Made by a program: the position numbers and the translations under genes. Of a stretch of DNA of 64,000 bases, positions 53,263-63,299 are shown piece by piece. Numbering within the stretch: position 1 is the first letter of the stretch; each line of letters begins with the position of its first letter. The notes beneath the pieces were generated by a model. The model was not told the DNA's origin and ran no database searches. It saw only the letters and a program-made list of their open reading frames with translations. The stretch lies in NCBI GenBank assembly GCA_963836205.1, contig CAWIIV010000007.1, positions 1-64,000 of the forward strand, in the 5' to 3' direction. This DNA comes from an uncultured Acidimicrobiia bacterium (GTDB lineage: Bacteria > Actinomycetota > Acidimicrobiia > Acidimicrobiales > AC-14).

Positions 53263-55953
53263 ATGGCCCAAGTGATCCGCACCGTCGCCCGCCGCACGCC
53301 CGCATCCGGGGCCCGCGTCCCGCCCCACAACCTCCAGGCCGAGGAGTCCCTCCTCGGCGCCATGCTCCTCAGCCGCGACGCCATCGTCTCCGCGGTCGAG
53401 GTCCAGCTCGACGCCGACGACTTCTACAAGCCGGCCCACGGCCACATCTACGACGCCGTCACCTCGCTCTACGCCCAGGGGGAGCCGGCCGACCCGGTCA
53501 CCGTGGCCGACGAGCTGTCCCGGGCCGACCTGCTGGAGGCGGTGGGGGGGGCGGCGGTCCTCATCTCCCTCCAGGCCGGCACCCCCGCCATCGGCAACGC
53601 CGGCCGCTACGCCCGCATCGTCGAGGAGCACGCCCTCCTCCGCCGCCTCATCTCGGTGGCGGGCGACATCGCCGAGATCGGCTACAGCCTGCCCGACGAC
53701 ATCGCGGGGGCGGTCGACCAGGCCGAGGCCCTCGTGTTCGACGTAGCCGAGCGGCGGGTCACCGACTCCATCTCGCCCCTGCGCGACCTCCTCGGCCCCC
53801 ACCTCGACCACCTGGAGGCCCTCTTCGAGCACGACGAGGCCGTCACCGGCGTCCCCACCGGCTTCATCGACCTCGACCAGCAGCTGGCCGGCCTCCAGCC
53901 GTCGAACCTGGTCATCGTGGGTGGCAGGCCGGGTACCGGGAAGACCAGTTTCGCACTGGGCGTGGCCGCCCACGCGGCCATGGCCTCCCACGTCCCGGTG
54001 CTCGTCTTCAGCCTGGAGATGAGCCACCAGGAGCTCACCCACCGTCTGCTGTCCTCGGAGGCTCGGGTCGACGCCACCCGCATGCGCACCGGCCGCCTCA
54101 TGGAGTCCGACTGGCCCAAGATCACCAACGCCATCGGCCGCCTGGCCGAAGCCGACATCTACATCGACGACAACCCCCGCCTCACCGTCATGGAGATCCG
54201 GGCCAAGGCCCGCCGGCTCAAGAGCCGCCACGGCCTGGGGCTGATCGTGGTCGACTACCTCCAGCTCATGAGCGGCCGCTCCGACGCCGAGAACCGCCAG
54301 GTCGAGGTGTCCGAGATCTCCCGTGGCCTCAAGATTCTGGCCCGCGAGCTCGAGGTGCCGGTGGTGGCGCTGTCGCAACTCTCCCGAAATCTTGAATCCC
54401 GGGCCGACAAAAGGCCGGTATTGGCGGATTTACGCGAATCGGGCTGCATGCCGGCCGCCACCAAGCTCATGCGGGCCGACAACGGCCAGGAGATCTCGCT
54501 GGGCGAGCTGGTGCTGGGCCAGGAGCAGCCCCTGGTGTGGTCGGTCGACGAGCACCAGCGGCTGGTGCCGGCCCGGCTGGTCAAGGCGTTCCCCTCGGGT
54601 ATCAGGTCCGTCTTCACCCTGCAGCTGGCCTCGGGCCGCAGCGTCACCGCCACCGCCAACCACCCGTTCCTCACCATCGACGGATGGACCCGGCTCGACG
54701 CCCTGGAGCCGGGGTGCCTCATCGCCACCCCCCGCCGGCTCCCGACCCCACTGCAACCCAACGCGGACTGGACCGACGACGAGCTGATGCTCCTCGCCCA
54801 CCTGCTGGGCGACGGCACCATGGGGTCGAGCTTCAAGTACGCCACCGCCGACCCGGCCAACAAGGAAGTGGTCGAGGACATGGCCCGCCGCCTGTTCGGG
54901 ATCGAGACCGAAGGCGACAAGGTCGGCAACACCTGGCAGCTCTGGTTCCCGAGCCCCTACCGGCTCACGCACGGGGTGCACCACCCGATGCGGAACTGGC
55001 TGGAGCCGCACGGCCTGTGGAGGTCGAGGGCGTGGACCAAGTTCTGCCCCGAGTCGCTCGTCGGCCTCCCCGACGCCCAGGTGGCGCTGTTCCTCCGCCA
55101 CCTGTGGGCCACCGATGGCTCGATCACCATCGGCCGCAACGCCCGGGGCCCCATCGTCTCCACCTACTACGCCACCACCAGCCGGCGCCTGGCCCTCGAC
55201 GTCCAGCGCCTCCTGCTTCGCCTCGGGATCCGGTCCACCATCGGCACTTCCAAGAAGCAGCGAGCCGGCCGTCCCGACGACGCCGGCCGCCAGCACTACC
55301 GGGACGGATTCAGCGTCCGCATCCAGGGTGCTGCCAGCCAGGCGAGGTTCCTGCGCACGGTCGGCTGCCACGGGCAACGGGGCGAGTGCATCCCCGAGGC
55401 CCTGGCGATCCTCGACGGGATCAAGGAGAACCCCAACGTCGACCTGGTGCCTTGGCCGGTCGCGGCCCGGGTTCAGGAGGCCGCCCGCCGGGCGGGCGTC
55501 ACCCAGCGCCAGATCGCGGCCGGCTTGGGGGAGGGCTACTGCGGCAGTTATCTGCTCGGCACTGAGCAGCGTCCCCGCCGGTTCTCCCGCGACCGCCTGG
55601 CCGCCATCGCCGGCATCGTCGGCTCGCAGGAGCTGGCCGACATCGCCTCGTCCGACCTCTACTGGGACGAGGTGGTCGAGGTCACCTCGGGCGGCTCACA
55701 GCCCACGTTCGACGCCACCGTCGAGGGCACCCACAACTTCGTCGCCGACGGCGTCCTGGCCCATAACAGCTTGGAGCAGGACGCCGACGTGGTGATTTTC
55801 ATCTACCGCGACGAGGTCTACAACCGCGACAGCCCCGACCGGGGTACGGCCGAGATCATCGTGGCCAAGCACCGTAACGGCCCCACCGGCGTCACCAACC
55901 TGGCCTTCCTCGACCACTACACGAGGTTCGCCAACATGGCCCGAGGCGTCTAG
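53263..55953 (+). CDS. dnaB: Replicative DNA helicase DnaB containing an intein
   Basis: PPHNLQAEESLLG, GRPGTGKT, FSLEM, DYLQLM, DLRESG|intein|SLEQDAD, AKHRNGPTG. Confidence 0.97.
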   Translation: MAQVIRTVARRTPASGARVPPHNLQAEESLLGAMLLSRDAIVSAVEVQLDADDFYKPAHGHIYDAVTSLYAQGEPADPVTVADELSRADLLEAVGGAAVLISLQAGTPAIGNAGRYARIVEEHALLRRLISVAGDIAEIGYSLPDDIAGAVDQAEALVFDVAERRVTDSISPLRDLLGPHLDHLEALFEHDEAVTGVPTGFIDLDQQLAGLQPSNLVIVGGRPGTGKTSFALGVAAHAAMASHVPVLVFSLEMSHQELTHRLLSSEARVDATRMRTGRLMESDWPKITNAIGRLAEADIYIDDNPRLTVMEIRAKARRLKSRHGLGLIVVDYLQLMSGRSDAENRQVEVSEISRGLKILARELEVPVVALSQLSRNLESRADKRPVLADLRESGCMPAATKLMRADNGQEISLGELVLGQEQPLVWSVDEHQRLVPARLVKAFPSGIRSVFTLQLASGRSVTATANHPFLTIDGWTRLDALEPGCLIATPRRLPTPLQPNADWTDDELMLLAHLLGDGTMGSSFKYATADPANKEVVEDMARRLFGIETEGDKVGNTWQLWFPSPYRLTHGVHHPMRNWLEPHGLWRSRAWTKFCPESLVGLPDAQVALFLRHLWATDGSITIGRNARGPIVSTYYATTSRRLALDVQRLLLRLGIRSTIGTSKKQRAGRPDDAGRQHYRDGFSVRIQGAASQARFLRTVGCHGQRGECIPEALAILDGIKENPNVDLVPWPVAARVQEAARRAGVTQRQIAAGLGEGYCGSYLLGTEQRPRRFSRDRLAAIAGIVGSQELADIASSDLYWDEVVEVTSGGSQPTFDATVEGTHNFVADGVLAHNSLEQDADVVIFIYRDEVYNRDSPDRGTAEIIVAKHRNGPTGVTNLAFLDHYTRFANMARGV
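54445..55767 (+). mobile_element. 441-aa intein with LAGLIDADG homing endonuclease at the RESG/SLEQ site
   Basis: C1 (CMPAAT), block B TANHPF, LLAHLLGDG and FLRHLWATDG, terminal HNFVADGVLAHN followed by S+1. Confidence 0.95.
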
Positions 55954-56168
55954 CGGGCGAGAGAGGCGGGGCGGCAGCAGCAGGACCCTGATCTAGTTCA
56001 ACAATCGCGGAGATAGTTCCGCACAGGCTCAGCAATCCGTCGGATCTATTTCAGCAACGCCCTCGGCGGAGGCGGAAGGATGTGCCACCCTCTGCGTCGG
56101 GCGCCGACGACGAGGTCGCGACTTACCCTGCGGAACAACTTCAGCGATGTTGTGAGGACCTGCCGTGC

Positions 56169-56633
56169 TCATGCCGCGGCGCTGTATGGAGCCCGCACCC
56201 ACGCCATCGTGACGGCTGCGGCGTTTCGCCGCCTGAGCGCCCCGAGGAGATGCTCCGCGTCCTCCAAGGCCCCCTGATGAGCACGGTCGACCTCGACGAG
56301 CTCGCGTCGGATGGCCACCGCCTGAGATACCGCCCTGCGGGCGGCGGAGATCTCGTCGAAACCCAGCAACAGCCCCAGAAGATGCAAAGAGCTGGCGAGC
56401 TCGGGCAGACGGCGATCGTCAGCTTCGGCGAGCTGGCGGCGGATTTCGACGGCCTCTTTCACTGAAGCCAGGGCGTCCCCTTCCCGCGTTCCCAGCTCCC
56501 CGAGGCGTAGTGCGACTCGATGGAGCGCAGCGGCCAGCTCAGACTGAGCAGTGGGGTTGGGGGCCGCGAGGCGACCGCGCATCCGTACGGCCTCCTCGAG
56601 CGCGGCAAAGCCGGATGCCCCCGGACTCAACAC
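56169..56633 (-). pseudogene. TPR-like repeat protein fragment
   Basis: Repeated EEAV.IRR.LA...LA.SL units; no convincing start. Confidence 0.5.
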
Positions 56634-56680
56634 GCCGTCGAGCCAGAAGAGGGCGGGCCGCTCGAACGCGCCGGCGCCCG

Positions 56681-56929
56681 GGCCTCGCGCCTGACGAAGC
56701 CGATCGGGTCTTCGACCGCTTCTACCGTGGCGACCACTCCCGCGCCCGGACGACCGGTGGGTCGGGCCTGGGCCTCGCCATCGCCAAGTCGATCATCGAC
56801 GCCCACGGTGGCCGCGTCGACCTCGTCACGGCCAAGGGTCGGGGCGGCACCTTCACCGTCCGCCTCCCGGCGCGCGCTGGCGATGAGTTTTCGAGTCGCC
56901 ACCCGTCCAAACTCATACCGCCGGGGTAG
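56681..56929 (+). pseudogene. Orphan C-terminal HATPase fragment of a sensor histidine kinase
   Basis: [18 protein letters not shown]...[18 protein letters not shown]...GGTFTVRLP without H/N boxes. Confidence 0.8.
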
Positions 56930-56971
56930 CGACGGCAGGAGCCGCTACCCGACATTCAAGGAGAGAAGACC

Positions 56972-57577
56972 ATGGCAGAACTCCTCGTTGACTTCATCAC
57001 CTCCCTCGACGGCTACGCGTCAGCGGACGGCTGGCCGGGATGGTGGGGGCTGGAAGGGCCTGAGTACCTCGCCTGGCTCGGCGAGCAACCCGAATCCACG
57101 CTGCTGATGGGAGCGAACACGTACCGAGTGATGTCGGGCTTCGCCGCGGGAGAGCTCCCGGCGGGAACGGACGAGTTCAGGCCCGACGAGGCGGCCTCCA
57201 TAGACGAACTGGCGCGAGCGTCGAAGGTCGTCTTCTCCACCTCGCTCGAGGCGCCGCTCATGTGGGCCAACGCCACGCTCGTTCGGGATGACGCGGTCGA
57301 AGCCGTCCGCGCCATGAAGGAGAGCGACTCGGGCCTCCTGAGCACGATCGGCAGCATCAGCCTGTGCCGGTCGCTGCTGCGGGCCGGACTCGTCGATCGC
57401 TTCCGGGTTGTCATGTTCCCGGTGATCACCGGCGCCACGGGAGCAGAGCGCATCTACGACGGCTACCCGGACGTCGCCCTCGAGATGATCGACAACCGCA
57501 CCTTCGACGGCTCTATCCAACTGGTCGAGTACCGGCCCCGCGTGCTCGAGCACCCACCGGTGGATCCCAACGCCTGA
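56972..57577 (+). CDS. Dihydrofolate reductase/RibD C-terminal family protein
   Basis: SLDG, LLMGANTY, KVVFSTSL, GLVDRF..FPVI.G; AAGGAG SD. Confidence 0.9.
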   Translation: MAELLVDFITSLDGYASADGWPGWWGLEGPEYLAWLGEQPESTLLMGANTYRVMSGFAAGELPAGTDEFRPDEAASIDELARASKVVFSTSLEAPLMWANATLVRDDAVEAVRAMKESDSGLLSTIGSISLCRSLLRAGLVDRFRVVMFPVITGATGAERIYDGYPDVALEMIDNRTFDGSIQLVEYRPRVLEHPPVDPNA

Positions 57578-57618
57578 TTCGAGGTCCAGGCCGGACGTCC
57601 ATTCGACGGCGCCAGCCG

Positions 57619-57972
57619 CTACATCGTCGCCCAGGGCGTGAAGAGCTGCACGGGGCCGCCGCCGGGGAGCTTTGCCCGGAGCTCCGGGCTGGGTTCACCG
57701 AGGAGCTCGCCCGACACCGATCCCGTGGCGATGATCGCGTCCATCAGGTGGGCGAGGTTCTCGCTGTGCCGTATGAGCGCGTCGGAGTCGCAGAACCGCT
57801 CGATGACGATGCATTCCGTTTCGTCGTCATTAAAGTAGGTGTCGTACTGCAGCGTCCCGGTGTCCTGGGTACGGACGATCTCCATGCACTGCTCGGACAG
57901 GCGCTTGAACTCCTCGACGTCGCCGTCGTGGAACCGGAACCTGACAATGGCCTGAAGTTCGGTGGAAGCCAT
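57619..57972 (-). CDS. Antibiotic biosynthesis monooxygenase-like protein
   Basis: DTGTLQYD.YFN...IERF.DSDAL..H. Confidence 0.8.
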   Translation of the reverse strand: MASTELQAIVRFRFHDGDVEEFKRLSEQCMEIVRTQDTGTLQYDTYFNDDETECIVIERFCDSDALIRHSENLAHLMDAIIATGSVSGELLGEPSPELRAKLPGGGPVQLFTPWATM

Positions 57973-58120
57973 GTCCGCTCTCTCCGTCCTGTGGAACCCC
58001 GGGTGGCTGCGCCGACCCAGGGACGACGCGGGGGCCGGGTTCTCGACATCCGATGGCGAGATTCCCCGGCCGCTCGCACGCTCAAACCGCAGGCGACCGC
58101 CCCAGAACGCCGTCCCGCTG

Positions 58121-58687
58121 TCATGATGAGGCGCGTACGCGGTAGTGGAGATGAACGACGCCGTTTCCGAAGCGGCGCTCATCGAGCAGTTCGAGTTGGG
58201 CGCGGACGTTGTCCGGCAGGGCGCGTTTGCCGCCACCAACCACGATCGGGCAGAGGAAGAGATGGCACTCGTCAACCAGCCCGGCGCCGATCGCCTGGCC
58301 GGCGAGCTCGCCGCCGCCGACTGCGATGTCGGCCGTCGAGGACAGCTTCAGCTGCCGGACCGCGTCCGGCTCGAACTCGCGCTCGATCCGAGTCCTGGCG
58401 CTGGATGGCGCCTGAAGCGTCCGTGAGTACACGATCTTCTCAGCTGCCCGCCAGATCCCGGCATATTCCAAGAACACCGTCGGCTCATCGGCCTCGGTGC
58501 TCACGGTCTCCCAGAACACCATCGTCTCGTACATCCGGCGCCCGTAGAGGTAGGTGCCGATCGGCCGCTCGAGATCGTTGACGAACGCATGCACCTCGTC
58601 ATCCGGCGCCGCCCAGTCGAACCTGCCCTCCGCGTCCTCGAAGTACCCGTCAAGCGAGCTGAGTACCGCATAGATCAGCTTGGTCAT
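58121..58687 (-). CDS. Dihydrofolate reductase/RibD C-terminal family protein
   Basis: SLDGY, LYGRRMYE, KIVYSRTL, VGGGELA, GLVDE. Confidence 0.9.
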   Translation of the reverse strand: MTKLIYAVLSSLDGYFEDAEGRFDWAAPDDEVHAFVNDLERPIGTYLYGRRMYETMVFWETVSTEADEPTVFLEYAGIWRAAEKIVYSRTLQAPSSARTRIEREFEPDAVRQLKLSSTADIAVGGGELAGQAIGAGLVDECHLFLCPIVVGGGKRALPDNVRAQLELLDERRFGNGVVHLHYRVRASS

Positions 58688-58757
58688 GTCTACTCCAATC
58701 GATCGTTTCTCACCCAGTCCACTGAGACTGCGATCCGCACTCGTGGGCACAGAGCAG

Positions 58758-58890
58758 TCTCGTTGTTCGACTTCGCGCTCACCGACGACGACATGACCCG
58801 GATCGCCACCATGGAAACCGGACCCCCCTCAACTTCGACCACCACGACCCCGCCATTGTCAGCTGGCTCAACAGCCGCAAGGGGCCTGAC
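58758..58890 (+). pseudogene. C-terminal remnant of an aldo/keto reductase
   Basis: LFDFALTDDDMTRIATMETG then (frameshift) FDHHDPAIVSWLNSR. Confidence 0.6.
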
Positions 58891-58934
58891 CACGACGCCT
58901 TCTGGGCCGGCGCCCTGACATCCCCAGATCGTGC

Positions 58935-59828
58935 TCAGGAGGTCGGGGCGCTGGCGCGATAGGCGGCGATGACCTGACCGAGGGCCTCCAGGCTGGGCTC
59001 ATGGGTCGTCACGCTGTCGAACCCGTACACCGACTGTCGGCGGCGCAGTTCCTCCGCCGCCTGGTGGGCGTCGGGCGCGAGGAGCACGAAGGGGCTGTCG
59101 AGCACGCCCGCCGCGGTGAGGCCCGGCACGTGCGACGCGATCTCGGCCGCCGCGTCCTCGGGGTCGCGGTCGACGGCGACCATCTGGAGGAGGGCGTCGG
59201 ACCGGTAGGGCCGGGCGCCGGCCAGGCGTCGGACCTCGGCCACTCGCGCTGCCGTCTCCGCCGCCGTCGACACCGTCAACGTCCCGGCGGGTGCCCCCTT
59301 GATCTGCCGGGTACCGGCGAACCCGACGATGTCGGCGTGGCTGGCCGCTACTGCCAGCCCGGCCCGGGACATGGCGCCCACCATCATGGGCACGGGCTGT
59401 TGCACCGGGTGGGGCCGGCACGACTCGTCCGCCAGTCGCCGGCGGACGTCGACGACGGCCGCCTCCATCGCCTGCACCCGTCGCTCGAAGCTAGGCCAGG
59501 GCAGACCGGCGCTGACGTGCTCCGCCTTCACGTGGCCGGCGCCGAGGCCGAGCTCGACTCGTCCGTCGGAGAGCAGGTCGAGGGTGGCGGTCTCCCGGGC
59601 CAGGAGGGCGGTGTTCCAGAAGCCGACGTTGAGCACGTACGTGCGTAGGCGCAGGCGACCGCTGATCGTCCCCGCCGCGGCCAGGATCGAGAAGGGAGCG
59701 AGGGAGCCGAGGTGGTCGGGCGCGGCGAGCACGTCGAAGTCGAGCTCGTCGGCCCGGCGGACCAGTCGTTCGAGGGCCCGGCCCGACGAGGGGAAGCGCA
59801 CGTTGACGCCGAACTGGAGTCCCGGCAT
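58935..59828 (-). CDS. LLM-class F420-dependent oxidoreductase (TIGR03621-like)
   Basis: APDHLG, TYVLN, LARE.ATLDLLSDGRVELGLGAG, P.PVQQP.P. Confidence 0.9.
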   Translation of the reverse strand: MPGLQFGVNVRFPSSGRALERLVRRADELDFDVLAAPDHLGSLAPFSILAAAGTISGRLRLRTYVLNVGFWNTALLARETATLDLLSDGRVELGLGAGHVKAEHVSAGLPWPSFERRVQAMEAAVVDVRRRLADESCRPHPVQQPVPMMVGAMSRAGLAVAASHADIVGFAGTRQIKGAPAGTLTVSTAAETAARVAEVRRLAGARPYRSDALLQMVAVDRDPEDAAAEIASHVPGLTAAGVLDSPFVLLAPDAHQAAEELRRRQSVYGFDSVTTHEPSLEALGQVIAAYRASAPTS

Positions 59829-59989
59829 GGGCCCATGGTGGCAGGCCGCGGCGAGCGATTCGGCCGGTGACCCGTACGACGAGACCACGACCGGACGCGC
59901 CGGGCCCCTTGCTGCTCGATGGGTGCCGCGTCAGGCGGCGACGTAGCGGCCGGCGAGCCGGTTGCTCGTCGTGGTCGTACCGCCGGTGC

Positions 59990-60135
59990 GGGAGTCGCAC
60001 TGAAACCCTTGACCACCAGCCAGACGCCGATGGAGAACTCCCAGAGGGCGATGGGGAAGGCGAGCAGCGCGCCCCACGTCGAGACCTGGTCGAAGACCCG
60101 AAGATCGACAGCGTGGCGGACACCAGGATGAGGGA
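59990..60135 (-). pseudogene. C-terminal remnant of a DUF4386-like membrane protein
   Basis: (frameshifted) VFDQVSTWGALLAFPIALWEFSIGVWLVVKGF; no N-terminus. Confidence 0.6.
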
Positions 60136-60195
60136 GGAAGCGACTCCGCGCCGTTGGGGAGCAGCTTGCTCGCTCAGCGGCAGCGCCATCTCGAC

Positions 60196-60246
60196 GTTGC
60201 GACCGAGGAATTGTTGCGGCCGAGGAATTGTTGCGGCCGAGGAATT
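60196..60246. repeat. 17-bp tandem repeat GTTGCG(G/A)CCGAGGAATT x3
   Basis: Three adjacent copies, one mismatch. Confidence 0.9.
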
Positions 60247-60476
60247 GACACCCTTCGCCGACCACGGGGTCGCCCTACCGGGGTGCCCCCGTGCCGTTCA
60301 GGAGGTTCACCCCTGGGGCCGTCTTGGTCGAGGCCGAGAGACCGCGAGCCTCAGCAGGGCGTTTGCGCAGCCGCCGCCCGCCTCCGGCGGGCCGGGGCCG
60401 GGCGTGGCCGTCGTCGTATCCTTGGTGGACTTGGTCGTGCGCCTCGAACCAGGACGGAAACGCCTTGCCTGAGCGT

Positions 60477-61421
60477 GTGAAGAAGGTCGATTTGGTGCTC
60501 GAGGGCGGCGGTGTCAAGAACATCGCCCTGCTCGGCGCGGTGACGGTCCTGTCCGAGGCCGGGTACACCTTCCCGCGGGTGGCCGGCACCAGCGGCGGCG
60601 CCATCATCGCGGCCGGGGTCGCCGCCTACCAGAAGGCGGGGCGTGATTTGGGCGGGATGCTCGACGTGTCGCTGCGCGTCGACAACTCGCGGTTTCTGGA
60701 CTGGCGATGGCGCGGCCGTGTCGCAGGGCCGGTCTCGGGCGCGGTCGACCTGCTGCGCCGGGGCGGCCTGCACTCGGGGGACTACCTCTACGAGTTTCTC
60801 GGCCCTGCCCTGGACGATGTCGGCGTGCGGACCTTCGCCGACCTGCGCATCGACGACGACCACGGGTCCTCGCTGGCCGAGCATCAGCGGTACTCGCTCG
60901 TCATCCACGTGGCCGACGTCACCCACCGGGTGCTGGTCCGCCTCCCGTGGGACTACCCGCTCTACGGGCGCCCGGCCGACGAGCAGCCGATCACCGACGC
61001 GGTTCGGGCGTCGATGTCGATTCCCTTCTTCTTCCGTCCCGTCAACGTGGAGACCGACCACGGCGCCGCCACATGGGTCGACGGCGGCCTCCTCGCCAAC
61101 TACCCCATCACCGTGTTCGACCGCACCGACGGCCAGCCGGCGCGCTGGCCGACCTGGGGGGTCAAGGTCAGCACCTCGCCGCCCCATGGTCCGGACCGGC
61201 CGGTGCGCACGGCCGTGGGCTTGGGCGTCCGTTGCCTGGCGACGATGACCGGCGATTGGTACCGCTCGTCGCTGGGCGCCGACACCGCCGGTCGGCGGAC
61301 CATTCAGGTCGACACGTCGGGCGTTCCCGCCACCCAATTCGACGTCGACAACCGCTCCCGGCTCCGCCTGTTCGAGAACGGCCGCGCCGCCGCCACCGCC
61401 TTCCTGGAACGCCTTCCCTGA
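60477..61421 (+). CDS. Patatin-like phospholipase
   Basis: LVLEGGGVK, AGTSGGA, RASMSIPFFF, VDGG. Confidence 0.92.
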   Translation: MKKVDLVLEGGGVKNIALLGAVTVLSEAGYTFPRVAGTSGGAIIAAGVAAYQKAGRDLGGMLDVSLRVDNSRFLDWRWRGRVAGPVSGAVDLLRRGGLHSGDYLYEFLGPALDDVGVRTFADLRIDDDHGSSLAEHQRYSLVIHVADVTHRVLVRLPWDYPLYGRPADEQPITDAVRASMSIPFFFRPVNVETDHGAATWVDGGLLANYPITVFDRTDGQPARWPTWGVKVSTSPPHGPDRPVRTAVGLGVRCLATMTGDWYRSSLGADTAGRRTIQVDTSGVPATQFDVDNRSRLRLFENGRAAATAFLERLP

Positions 61422-61631
61422 TCCTCACCGGGACGAGCTCGGCCCGGACCTGACCGACTGCCCACCGGGACGAGGACCGTCGCCGAGTCGGCTCGAGTCA
61501 GCTGGGCGACGCAGTGGGACGGGACGTCGACCGACCCGCTCGCAACGGCACCTCCGGGTGGCTGCGGCTGCCACCGTGATCTTTGGCGCGCCTAACGCGT
61601 CGGGTAAACGACGCCTAAGCTGTGGGGAACG

Positions 61632-62473
61632 ATGACTGGCACCGGTACCGACCACGACCTGCGGGCCGACGACCTGCGGGCCGACGACCTGCGTCTGGCC
61701 TACGACGCCAAGGTCGTCGTCGACGGGCTGTCGCTGGCCATCCCGCCCGGCAAGATCACGGTTATCGTCGGGGCCAACGCCTGCGGGAAGTCGACCCTTC
61801 TGCGGGCTCTCGCCCGGCTGCTCAAGCCCAAGGCGGGCACCGTCCACCTCGACGCGAGAGCATCTTCCATCTCCCGACCCGCGACGTCGCCATCAAGGTC
61901 GGCATCCTGCCCCAGTCGCTGATCGCCCCCGAGGGCCTCACCGTGGGCGACCTGGTGGCCCGGGGCCGGTACCCGCACCAGCGTTGGTTCCGGCAGTGGT
62001 CCCCCGAGGACGAGGCCGCGGTCGGCTCCGCCCTGGAGGCCACGGGCACCGCCGACCTGGCCAACCGTCCGGTGGACGAGCTCTCCGGCGGCCAGCGGCA
62101 GCGGTCGTGGATCGCCATGGCCCTGGCCCAGGGCACGCCGATCATGCTCCTCGACGAGCCCACCACGTTCCTCGACATGGCCCATCAGGTGGAGGTGCTC
62201 GACCTGCTGGCCACGCTCAACGCCACCGACGGCCGCACCGTGGTGATCGTCCTCCACGACCTCAACCAGGCGTGCCGCTACGCCCACCTGGTGGCGATGG
62301 CCGGCGGGACGATCGTGGCCGAGGGGGCGCCGGCCGACATCGTGAGCGAGGAGCTGGTGGCCATGGTCTTCGGCCTCGACTGCCGGGTCGTGCCCGACCC
62401 GGTCGCGGGCACGCCGATGATCATCCCCATCGGGTCCCGGCACCGCCGCCCCCTCGTCCTCGCCGCCGACTGA
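61632..62473 (+). CDS. Iron-siderophore ABC transporter ATPase (FepC/FhuC-like); frameshift near 61855
   Basis: GANACGKST in the first frame; [26 protein letters not shown] in the second. Confidence 0.88.
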
Positions 62474-62483
62474 GGGTGCTGGG

Positions 62484-63008
62484 TCAGGCGTTGCGCACGG
62501 CGGCTTCCACCGCTCGACGGAACGAAGGCGGGTCGATCGCCGGGAACCGGTACAACTCGTCTTCGATGGCGGAGAGATAGGCGAGCAGCCCTTCCCGCCC
62601 TACCAGGTCCCGCTCCAACATCGCCCGCACGTCCCCGAGGTCGCGGGCGTGTCCTCGCTCGAGCTTGGCCACCGCCTGGGCGGTCAGGTCGAAATGGCGG
62701 ACGGAGAGCATCCCCTCGGTGGCCTCCCAGGGACTGCGGTCCTCCCACCCCGGCGGCACCGGGATGAACAGGTCGGGCGAGGCCAGCTCGACGTTGATCT
62801 CGAGCTCGTCCTTCAGTCTGGGCACGGCTCGCAGGAGCGATCCCGAGTCGGGAACCAGCTTGAGGTCGATGTCGATGGTGCTGTCCCGCCAGCCGAGGAG
62901 CACGGCCGTCGACCCACCGGTGAGGTAGGCGGTGGTGGGCTCTCGGGCGGCGGCGCCCAGGCGGGACAGGAAGGTGCGGATGCGCTCGGCGGTCGCTAGC
63001 CGACGCAC
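62484..63008 (-). CDS. DUF6036-like nucleotidyltransferase
   Basis: YLTGGS, T.DID, KLERG..RD..D. Confidence 0.75.
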   Translation of the reverse strand: MRRLATAERIRTFLSRLGAAAREPTTAYLTGGSTAVLLGWRDSTIDIDLKLVPDSGSLLRAVPRLKDELEINVELASPDLFIPVPPGWEDRSPWEATEGMLSVRHFDLTAQAVAKLERGHARDLGDVRAMLERDLVGREGLLAYLSAIEDELYRFPAIDPPSFRRAVEAAVRNA

Positions 63009-63280
63009 GCCGCAGCCCGTTCGAAGCTGACGAGCAGTCGGACGAGTGCGTTGTACCGGCCGTGGGCGCTGTCGGCATCCTCCGCCGCCAGCAGCTCGTA
63101 CAAGGCATGGTCGGCCTCTGCGATCGGGGTCGAGACCTCGAATCCGAGCTGGCCGAGCCGGGGGGCGCCGATGGACACGACGAGCGCAGCGACGGTGCGG
63201 CGACCCTCGGCCAGGTCGTCCAGGCCGGCCGCGACGAGCTCCGAGCCGGGGAGGGCGGCCATCGACGGTCCCACGGCCAT
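62996..63280 (-). CDS. Small hypothetical protein overlapping the nucleotidyltransferase start
   Basis: LPGSELV..GL.DL...IGAPRL...LYELL...AHGRYNAL.R.LVSFERA. Confidence 0.7.
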   Translation of the reverse strand: MAVGPSMAALPGSELVAAGLDDLAEGRRTVAALVVSIGAPRLGQLGFEVSTPIAEADHALYELLAAEDADSAHGRYNALVRLLVSFERAAACVG

Positions 63281-63299
63281 CACCGTATGCGACCTTCGA

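Noticed and set aside
55990-56057. Two copies of GATCTAnTTCAnCAA 53 bp apart after dnaB
   Set aside because: Only two imperfect copies; cannot assign att site, operator or RNA function
60477-63008. Patatin + nucleotidyltransferase as a CBASS (CapV/CD-NTase) system
   Set aside because: Opposite strands, separated by an ABC ATPase; the NTase is too short and not cGAS/DncV-like
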